This document shows positions 13,122 through 22,124 of a stretch of 64,000 nt of DNA, piece after piece. This DNA is from Octopus sinensis (taxonomy: Eukaryota). Below the pieces are notes generated by a model, which was not told the DNA's origin, did no database searches, and saw nothing but the letters and a program-made list of their open reading frames with translations. Where the stretch lies: positions 53,692,001-53,756,000 of the forward strand of contig NC_042998.1 in assembly GCF_006345805.1 (NCBI RefSeq). The letters are read 5' to 3'. Positions within the stretch are counted from its first letter, which is position 1, and each line of letters begins with the position of its first letter. The position numbers were made by a program, and so were the translations under genes.

Positions 13122-13417
13122 CGGTTTATTTCTTTATATAAAAATTTTATGTATTGATTAAGTCTTTCTTGTTTGTTTTGCAAAATAGTGGTTTTGTCTC
13201 GAATTAATATTATATATATATATATATAATATATATATATATATTAATAAATATTAGGGAATAAATCCAAATTTACAGGGAAAAAATCAGATTAGGATTA
13301 ATCCAATTTTATAGTAAAATATTATATAATATAATTCGAGACAAAACCACTATTTTGCAAAACAAACAAGGAAAGACTTAATCAATACATAAAATTTTTA
13401 TATAAAGAAAAAAACCG

Positions 13418-13460
13418 CCACTACAATCATTTCATGTCTTCAATGACATTCGTCAGGTGG
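13418..13460 (-). ncRNA. hammerhead ribozyme motif, type I minimal (C15.2 replaced by U, giving a U-G pair)
   Basis: Reverse complement reads CCAC-CUGACGA-AUGUC-auugaa-GACAU-GAA-AU-gauu-GU-A-GUGG. Confidence 0.65.
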
Positions 13461-13534
13461 ATTTTCGATCTCCTAATCTGTTTTAATTTATGAATTAATT
13501 AAATTAAATTAAAACAGATTAGGAGATCGAAAAT

Positions 13535-13577
13535 CCACCTGACGAATGTCATTGAAGACATGAAACGATTGTAGTGG
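13535..13577 (+). ncRNA. hammerhead ribozyme motif, type I minimal, predicted cleavage after 13573
   Basis: Identical to 13079-13121, 456 nt downstream. Confidence 0.75.
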
Positions 13578-13667
13578 CGGTTTATTTCTTTATATAAAAA
13601 TTTTATGTATTGATTAAGTCTTTCCTTGTTTGTTTTGCAAAATAGTGGTTTTGTCTCGAATTAATAT

Positions 13668-13699
<32 letters not shown>

Positions 13700-13706
13700 A
13701 TATATA

Positions 13707-14558
13707 GGGAGAGATTACGAAAAAAACAAAAGACGAAGATAGGTGGTGTACAAAACAAACAGATGTATTAGTATAACGCTCTGGAATAGAAAAAGTCTTT
13801 TACGTTTCAAGCCTACGCTCTTCTACAGAAAGGGACACAGAAAAAACAAGGAAAGAGACATGGAAAGAAAAAAAATGTGTGTAGTGGCTAAAAATCTATC
13901 ATGGTGACGGACTCGGACAGAAGGGTCACACACGAGAGGGAAAGTAGGAGAGATAACAAAGTAAAGATGACCCCCCAACATGAAGGTGCGTGTGTGTATA
14001 AGAGAGTGTATATGCATGTGAAAGAGGGCTAGTGGTCTGGGTGTGTATGTGTAGGTGTGAAAATGTGGGGATGGGTGTGTGGGTGGTGTGTTGTGATGTG
14101 ATGTGTAAAGTTGTATGGTGTAGTGTGGTATGGTATGATGTTGTTGGGAGGTGGGGAGGCGAGAGTGGGGAAAGCACAGTGGGGTGTGGGCTCGGCTGAG
14201 GGTTGGGGTAGAGTTGGGGTTTGTGGTAGGCAAGGGTGGAGGTAGAGGTGGGGAGGAGTTAGATGAAAAGGGGGAAGAGTTGAGCCCAAATGGTATAAAA
14301 GAGTGAAAAGAGACGATTAATCCCTGTTCACGGCGCAAGCGGGAGTCTGGATGGCCTCTGTGCAAGGACAATGTGAATACAGACAGGTGTTGCAAGGAGT
14401 AACCGGTGGAGCAGAAATGGTGTGAGACCGGGGTGTCGTTGCCGAGGCAGATGTCTCGGAGGGGTTCCTCGAACCGGTCAGCCAAATGGCATCCCGTTTG
14501 TCCGATGTACAGAGAATGGCAGAGAGAGCAGGAGATGCAATAGATGATATTGCTGGAG
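13707..14558 (-). mobile_element. 3' part of a Penelope-like element: GIY-YIG endonuclease remnant, low-complexity 3' region and terminal (pLTR-like) segment
   Basis: ORF 13823-14599 contains NIIYCISCSLCHSLYIGQTG...RFEEPLRDI...PVSHHF...REQGLI...PFGLN (GIY-YIG, about 14280-14558), followed downstream by a hammerhead-like motif. Confidence 0.85.
13797..13832 (-). ncRNA. minimal hammerhead-like motif with a variant core (CUGUAGA-A)
   Basis: CUUU-CUGUAGA-A-GAG-cguagg-CUU-GAA-ACGU-A-AAAG: stem I CUUU/AAAG, palindromic stem III ACGU, GUA triplet. A6 is replaced by U and there is an extra A. Confidence 0.5.
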
Positions 14559-14640
14559 TGTGTGTGTGTGTATATAGTTGCTATATATGTATAGTCCAAG
14601 CTATAACATTTTCGTTGTAATGTGTATATATATATATATA

Positions 14641-16012
14641 TTTCAAAACGGGATGCCCCTGGGAGCTCCTCTATGCCGATGACCTAGCTCTCATAGCAGA
14701 ATCACTACCGGAACTAGAAGAGAAATTTCGGGTGTGGAAGCAAGGGTTGGAATCAAAGGGCCTTAGAATAAATGTAGCAAAGACCAAAGTATTAGTAAGC
14801 AGCAAGAGGTACTCAGCACACATCCCCTCGGGTAGGTGGCCCTGCTCAACCTGTAGGAAAGGTACAGGTAGAAACTCCATAAGATGCACCCAATGTAAGT
14901 TATGGACACATAAGAGGTGCAGCAACATTAAAGGAAATTAACAGATAAGATAGCTTTCATGTGCGGCAGATGCACAGGGACAATAGACACAACAGACACT
15001 CAGAAAACAGATTCCATCACACTCCAGGGAGAGAAACTAGAAGTAGTTGATAGTTTCCGCTACCTGGGTGACCAAGTTAGTAGCGGAGGTGGATGCACAG
15101 AGAGTATCACCACTAGAATACGAATAGCCTGGGCAAAGTTCAGAAAGCTCCTACCCCTACTGGCAACAAAAGGTCTCTCCCTCAGAGCAAAAGGTAGATT
15201 GTATGATGCATGTGTGCGAACTGCCATGCTTCACGGTAATGAAACATGGGCTGTGACTGCAGAAGACATGCGTAGACTTGAAAGAAATGAAGCTAGCATG
15301 ATCCGCTGGATGTGTAGTGTCAGTGTGCACGCAAAACAGAGTGTAAGTATCCTGAGAGAAATGCTGGATATAAGAAGCATCAGATGTGGTGTGCAAGAGC
15401 GACGCTTGCGATGGTATGGTCATATGCTGCGGATGGATGAAGAGAGATGTGTGAAGAAGTGCCACTCCCAAACAGTTGAAGGTATCAGGGGGAGAGGTAG
15501 ACCCAGGAAGACATGGGATGAGGTGGTCAAGCATGACCTCAGAGCATTGGGCCTCACTGAGGCAATGGCGAAGGACCGAGATCTCTGGAGATATGCTGTG
15601 ACTACAAAGACCCGGGCTGCTTTCTGCAGCAATTCCACATACCCCCTACCCATTCTAAGTACCCCGGATCCCCAAAGTACCCTGGATCCCCAAAGTACCC
15701 CGATCCCCAAAGTACCCCGATCCCCAAAGTACCCCGGACCTCGTTGCCCCCGTGCCGCTGACACGTTAAAATGCTCGAACCGATCGTGACGATGCCGGAC
15801 CCTCCGGCCCCTGTGCAGGTGGCACGTAAAAAGCACCCAATCCACTCACGGAGTGGTTGGCGTTAGGAAGGGCATCCAGCCGTAGAAACTCTGCCAGATT
15901 CAGACTGGAGCCTGGAGCGGCCCCTGGCTTCCCAGACCCGGTCGAACCGTCCAACCCGTGCTAGCGCGGAAAGCGGACGTTAAACGATGATGATGATGAT
16001 GATGATGATGAT
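14641..16012 (+). mobile_element. 5'-truncated RTE-clade LINE (RT palm and thumb, 3' UTR, (GAT)n tail)
   Basis: WELLYADDLALIAES (YADD at 14672-14683), GLRINVAKTKV, FRYLGDQV, RRLRWYGH, GRGRPRKTW. One frameshift near 14935. GAT tail at about 15986-16012. Confidence 0.95.
15657..15740 (+). repeat. 17-18 bp minisatellite (aagtacccc[g]gatcccca), about 4.7 copies, in the LINE 3' UTR
   Basis: Units read directly from the sequence. Confidence 0.9.
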
Positions 16013-16162
16013 AGGGAGAATTCACAAAAAAACAAAATGTGTGAGTATATGTATATATATATATATATATAAATTTAATAAGGGTAGAAATTGATATTAA
16101 TCAATTAAAACCAGTGGCCCAGTATATTAAAAAAATCTGAAGATTAAAATATTTTTACATAC

Positions 16163-16209
16163 AAAATTTAAAGGACTGACCACTCTTAGTGGTCAGTCCT
16201 TTAAATTTT
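16163..16209. repeat. perfect inverted repeat, 22-bp arms, 3-nt loop
   Basis: aaaatttaaaggactgaccact-ctt-agtggtcagtcctttaaatttt. Confidence 0.9.
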
Positions 16210-16221
16210 ATATTTATATAT

Positions 16222-16253
<32 letters not shown>

Positions 16254-16346
16254 GTTGCTATATATATATGTATAGTCCAGGATATAAAATTTCTGTTGTA
16301 ATATATATATATAGAGAGAGAATTCACAAAAAAACAAAATGTGTGA

Positions 16347-16383
<37 letters not shown>

Positions 16384-17287
16384 CTTTCATATAATATATA
16401 TCTAGTCACATTTATGCTCATAAATGCACTTAATCTCAAATACACCCATTTGCAAGAGTTAGTGTGTATGGGTAATCCTTGCAAATATTCAGTCTTAAAT
16501 AATGCAAAATATTTTGCGGTTGCTTCAGTATGGAAATATGCTCTCAAATAGTTAAACAGATATGCAGTTTTAATCTCTTATATGCTTACTTTAGCATTAA
16601 TCCCATGTATGTATTCCAAATCGAATGAATTAAAAACATATATCTTAAGACTACTTTAATATTAACTTTGCGAATAGTTAAACGGATACATAGTTAAATC
16701 ATATATATGCTTACGTTAGCACTTCTTTGTATATATATTTACATATTCTATAAATAAATCTCTACTTATACACTGAATTAAATAAAATGTTTCAAGGTAG
16801 CTTTATATCAAAGTAGATTAATGGATGATTTAACAGGTATACATGGATACATTTGAATTACCTATATGCAAACTTAGACCCTGCTCTACTTAAGTCACAT
16901 GTTTACAGACATTCTGACAAAACATCTATCTACCTATGTTTATATATGTATATATGTGTGTATGTGTATGTATATATATGTGTATGTGTGTGTGTGTGTG
17001 TGTGTAAGTATGAATACTATAATAAAGCTCTTGTAATCTTCATAATATTTCAAGACATTTTTGACATTAGAATAAATTTACAAATAATTACTGCCTCTCT
17101 TATGAAAACCAGTTATGTAAGGTTTTGGTTACAATATGACTCATCATCGTCATCTGGTTGACCAACTTGCTCAAACCAATGCAACTCTTCCATGCCAGAT
17201 GTCAAGATCAACCATTGTGGTAAGAATGCCTGCCTTGAGTTTTAATCACATTGATCTTTTGTAAGCTAAAATATCTCATCTGCACAT

Positions 17288-17448
17288 AGGTGTAGGAGTG
17301 GCTGTGTGGTAAGTAGCTTGCTTACAAACCACATGGTTCCAGGTTCAGTCCCACTGCATGGCACCTTGGGCAAGTGTCTTCTACTATAGCCTCGGGCCGA
17401 CCAAAGCCTTGTGGGTGAATTTGGTAGATGGAAACTGAAAGAAGCCCG

Positions 17449-17494
<46 letters not shown>

Positions 17495-17722
17495 GTATGT
17501 ATATGTTTGTACGTCTGTGTTTGTCCCCACAACATCGCTTGACAACCAATGCTGGTGTTTTTACGTCCCAGTAACTTAGCAGTTCAGCAAAAGAGACCGA
17601 TAGAATAAGTACTAGGCTTACAAAGAATAAGTCCTAAGGTCGATTTGCTTGACTAAAGGCAGATCTCCAGCATGGCCACAGTCAAATTACTGAAACAAGT
17701 AAATGAGTAAAGAGTAAGAGTA
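17288..17722 (+). mobile_element. tRNA-derived SINE family A, full length, internal (TA)n
   Basis: Family A head to (aagagta)n tail. Confidence 0.9.
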
Positions 17723-18147
17723 TACCATGACTACAGATGATAGCAGTAGTTCACCAACTGGTCTGGTTGATCCTGGTCATTGACAGTTTTTTGTCTGTTC
17801 ATCTGCTCAGCATCTGGTGAAATTCACCACTGATTCAGTATGATTCATTTGCTGAAATACTTCCCATCCACCATACAGCATGCCGTGATTTCAACATTCC
17901 CTGGTTCAGGTGGTTAGATGCTATTTTACCCATAGGTGGGACTCCAACAAGTGCAACTACTCCAGGTCAGACAAGACCTGAGAACAAAAATAGATAAAGC
18001 CCTGAAACTCCTGATCCAGGGCCCCTCTACTAGATGCAGCTTAAAATCAAAACTGGGACATAATGTTATAACTAAACTTGTAAGTTAAGTCAGAACTAAA
18101 TAAAATATTTCAAAATAGATTTTGTGTGAACATAGACTTCTAATTGA

Positions 18148-18375
18148 TTAGCCATTTAACATTCAGATTACTCAATCAAATCTAATGCTTATTTGTTCAC
18201 ATTGTTTTAAATTAATCATATGCTATCTCATAGCTTCAAGATTTCAAAGATGTAATTGTTTATTTTTAGAATAACATTATAGGATAGATGGCTGAGGCCT
18301 GATCTGGCCAGTTTGAACATAAAACAGGTGGAATACTTGGGCTGCACATGACCAGTTTGAATGCTAAAGGGTTAA
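18148..18375. mobile_element. piggyBac-like non-autonomous element (TTAA/CCC...GGG/TTAA type)
   Basis: Right end tgctaaaggg-TTAA; degenerate left end ttag-ccatttaaca. Other copies at 19737-19964, 52648-52815 and 62164-62365. Confidence 0.6.
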
Positions 18376-18406
18376 ATGAGCAAGCAGGTATGACTGAAAA
18401 AATACC

Positions 18407-18563
18407 AGGAGTGGCTGTGTGGTAAGTAGCTTGCTTACCAACCACATGGTTTTGGGTTCAGTCCCACTGTGAGGCAACTTGGGCAAGTGTCTTCTTCTAT
18501 AGACTCAGGCCAACCAAAGCCTTGTGAGTGGATTTGGCAGACAGAAACTGAAAGAAGCCCATC

Positions 18564-18594
<31 letters not shown>

Positions 18595-18622
18595 TATATG
18601 TATGTATGTATGTGTGTGTGTG
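18407..18622 (+). mobile_element. SINE family A, 5' half, truncated at the duplication junction
   Basis: Head and core present; stops in its (TA)n/(TG)n tract. Confidence 0.85.
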
Positions 18623-18900
18623 TATGAATACTATAATAAAGCTCTTGTAATCTTCATAATATTTCAAGACATTTTTGACATTAGAATAAATTTACAAATG
18701 ATTATTGCCTCTCTTATGAAAACCAGTTATGTAAGGTTTTGGTTACAATATGACTCATCATCGTCATCTGGTTGACTGGCTTGCTCAAACCAATGCAACT
18801 CTTCCATGCCAGATGTCAAGATCAACCATTGTGGTAAGAATGCCTGCCTTGAGTTTTAGTCACACTGATCTTTTGTAAGCCAAATATCTCATCTGCACAT

Positions 18901-19066
18901 AGGTGTAGGAGTGGCTGTGTGGTAAGTAGCTTGCTTACAAACCACATGGTTCCAGGTTCAGTCCCACTGCATGGCACCTTCGGCAAGTGTCTTCTACTCT
19001 AGCCTTGGGCCGACCAAAGCCTTGTGGGTGGATTTGGTAGATGGAAACTGAAAGAAGCCCGTCATA

Positions 19067-19131
<65 letters not shown>

Positions 19132-19352
19132 ATATGTTTGCATGTCTGTGTTTGTCCCCACAACATCACTTGACAACCGATGCTGGTGTGTTTACATCCC
19201 AGTAACTTAGCAGTTCAGCAAAAGAGACCGACAGAATAAGTACTAGGCTTACAAAGAATAAGTCCTAGGGTCGATTTGCTCGACTAAAGGCAGAGCTCCA
19301 GCATGGCCACAGTCAAATGACTGAAACAAGTAAAAGAGTAAAGAGTAAGAGT
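18901..19352 (+). mobile_element. SINE family A, full length (duplicate of 17288-17722)
   Basis: Collinear with 17288-17722. Confidence 0.9.
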
Positions 19353-19736
19353 ATACCATGACTACAGATGATAGCAGTAGTTCACCAACTGAACTGTTTG
19401 ATCCTGGTCATTGACAGTTTTTTGTCTGTTCATCTGCTCAGCATCTGGTGAAATTCACCACTGATTCAGTATGATTCATTTGCTGAAATGCTTCCCTTCC
19501 ACCATACAGCATGCCGTGATGCTATTTTACCCATAGGTGGGACCCCAACAAGTGCAACGACTCCAGGTCAGACAAGACCTGAGAACAATAATAGATAAAG
19601 CCTGGAAACGCCTGATCCAGGGCCCCTCTACTAGATGCAGCTTAAAATCAAAACTGGGACATAATGTTATAAGTTAAGTGAAAACTAAATAAAATAATTC
19701 AAAATAGATTTTGTGTGAACATAGACATCTAATTGA

Positions 19737-19964
19737 TAAGCCATTTAACATTCAGATTACTCAATCAAATTTAATGCTTATTTGTTCACATTGTTTTAAA
19801 TTAATCCTATGCTATCTCATAGCTTCAAGATTTCAAAGATATAATTGTTAATGTTTGGAATAACATTATAGGGTAAATGGCTGAGGCCAGATCTGGCCAG
19901 TTTGAACATAAAACAGGTGGAATACTTGGGCTGAATATGACCAGTTTGAATGCTAAAGGGTTAA
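19737..19964. mobile_element. piggyBac-like non-autonomous element (duplicate copy)
   Basis: Ends tgctaaaggg-TTAA; collinear with 18148-18375. Confidence 0.6.
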
Positions 19965-19995
19965 ATGAGCATGCAGGAATGACTGAAAAAATACC

Positions 19996-20147
19996 AGGAG
20001 TGGCTGTGTGGTAAGTAGCTTGCTTACCAACCAAATGGTTTCGGGTTCAGTCCCACTGTGAGGCAACTTGGGCAAGTGTCTTCTTCTATAGACTCAGGCC
20101 AACCAAAGCCTTGTGAGTGGATTTGGCAGACAGAAACTGAAAGAAGC

Positions 20148-20200
<53 letters not shown>

Positions 20201-20438
20201 GTGTGTGTATATGTTTGTGTGTCTGTGTTTGTCCCCCCCCACCAACATCGCTTGACAACCGATGCTGGTGTGTTTACATCCCAGTAACTTAGCGGTTTGG
20301 CAAAAGGGACCAATAGAATAAGTACTAGGCTTAAAAAGAATAAGTCCTGGGGTCGATTTGCTCAACTAAAGGCGGTGCTCCAGCATGGCTGCAGTCAAAT
20401 GGCTGAAACAAGTAAAAGAGTAAAAAAGAGAGTAAAAA
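19996..20438 (+). mobile_element. SINE family A, full length
   Basis: Family A head to tail. Confidence 0.9.
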
Positions 20439-20559
20439 GTGTACATATGTACTGTTTGGGTTTTATTCATGTGGGTCTTTTGCAAGCTGAAATATCTCAT
20501 CTGTGCATACCACAACAACAGATGATAACAACTGATGAGGCAGAGTGCATGATTGCATT

Positions 20560-21297
20560 CCTTTGACATCTCTCTGTAAAACATTTTGTTGGGTGATACG
20601 CTGTGCTTGAGAAGACCTGCTAAGCCAAGTGAAATTGTAGTCTTGGCCGATACTAGTGCTGTGTAACTGGCACCTATACCAGTAGCACATAAAATGCATC
20701 CTTCAAATGTTGGGCCTCATGGCAGCAGTGACGAGTGAACAAGACCTTTGTCGATATACCATACTTGAGAAGACCTGCCAAACCAAGTGAGATTGAAGTT
20801 TTAGCCAATGCCAGTGTTACATAACTGGCACCCATGCTGGTGGCACGTAAAAAAGTACCCACTACCCTCTTAGGTATTAGGAATACCTTGGATATTCTTC
20901 ACTTCTTTCTCTCCTACATCTTCTACTTCTGTCCCTCTCCTCATTTCGTCTATTATTTTTCCTGTCTGTCTTCCTCAAATTCTGTTAGTTGTAGTTGTTG
21001 TTGTTACTGCTGGTGCTGAAGCAGTTGTTGGTTTGTTGTAGTTCTTCATTGTTGTCACTTTCATCATCACCATCATCGTCATCATTATTGCTGTCATCAT
21101 CATCGACATTATTTTAACCAACAACATCTTGGGTGTTCATAATACCCTCTTGGGTATTAGGAAGGGCATCCAATTGTAGAAACCATGCCAAATCAGATTG
21201 GAACCTGGTGCAGCTCTTCAGCTTACCAATTTTTAGTTAAATAGTCTAACCCATGCCAGCAGGTAAGACAGACAAATGATGGAGATGATGATGATAT
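20560..21297 (+). mobile_element. RTE-tail element interrupted by a ~260-bp insertion
   Basis: cttgagaagacctgc repeats, ggcacgtaaaa, ggaagggcatcc and a (GAT)n tail; insert at 20884-21142. Confidence 0.75.
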
Positions 21298-21479
21298 GTA
21301 TATGTGTGTGAGTACGCGTGTGTGTGTGTGTGTTTGAGCATGAATTTATGTGAAGGTGCATGGCTTAGTAGTCAGGGTATTTGGTTCATGACCTTATGAT
21401 CAGGAGTTCAATTCCCAGCAGTAAGTTTTATCAGGATACATAAATGTTGCTCAATTATATTTCAGTATATATGAATACA

Positions 21480-21745
21480 TGTGAAGGTGCATGGCCTAGT
21501 GGGTTAGGCTGTTGCACTCAAATCTTCTAGATCGTTGGTTCAATTTCCAGACTCAGTGATACATTGTGTTCTTGAGCAAAACACTTCATTTCACGTTGCT
21601 CCAGTCCCATTTTCGACCAGACAGAAATGTTGATCTGCCTGCTCACCTAGCCTAAGGAGTGGTATCATTTGAAGGCTAAAACAATGCAAAGTGCATTGTG
21701 ACCAGCAATGTGTAACAACATCTGATACTCTGGTAGGCCATGTCA
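21480..21745 (+). mobile_element. tRNA-derived SINE family C
   Basis: gaaggtgcatggcctagtgg head, ggttcaatttcc B box, ttcttgagcaaaacactt core. Confidence 0.7.
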
Positions 21746-21893
21746 TATATATATATACATATGAATATAAGTAATTACTATTAGGCCTGGTTTTCTTTCA
21801 GCAATGTTTATGGCTAGGAGGAAAATGCTTGAATAGAATTTAAAAAAAAAGACATTGCAATTAGTCTTACAACTTATATGTTGTAGCATGTAT

Positions 21894-22124
21894 GGCGGTG
21901 AGCTGGCAGAAACATTAGCATGCCGGGAGAAATGCTTAGCGGTATTTCGTCTGCCACTACATTCTGAGTTCAAATTCCGCCGAGGTCGACTTTGCCTTTC
22001 GTCCTTTCGGGGTCGATTAAATAAGTACCAGTTATGCACTGGGGTCGATATAATTGACTTAATCTGTTTGTCTGTCGTTGTTTGTCCCCTCTGTGTTTAG
22101 CCCCTTGTAGGTAGTAAAGAAATA
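21894..22124 (+). mobile_element. tRNA-derived SINE family B, full length
   Basis: ggcggtgagctggcagaa head, gagttcaaattcc B box, shared core and tail. Confidence 0.88.

Larger units (their letters stand above)
12796..13672. repeat. two tandem ~455-bp units, each a ~75-bp leader plus a ~345-bp near-perfect palindrome
   Basis: Leader atattagggaataaatcc at 12796 and 13251. Palindrome arms 12871-13034 / 13049-13214 with a 14-nt centre, repeated at about 13323-13672. Only 3-4 arm differences per copy. Confidence 0.95.
17009..20205. repeat. direct tandem duplication of about 1.6 kb (17009-18622 and 18623-~20205)
   Basis: tatgaatactataataaagctc at 17009 and 18623. Unique sequence, SINEs and MITE are collinear, with scattered substitutions and ~29- and 12-bp indels. 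Confidence 0.95.
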
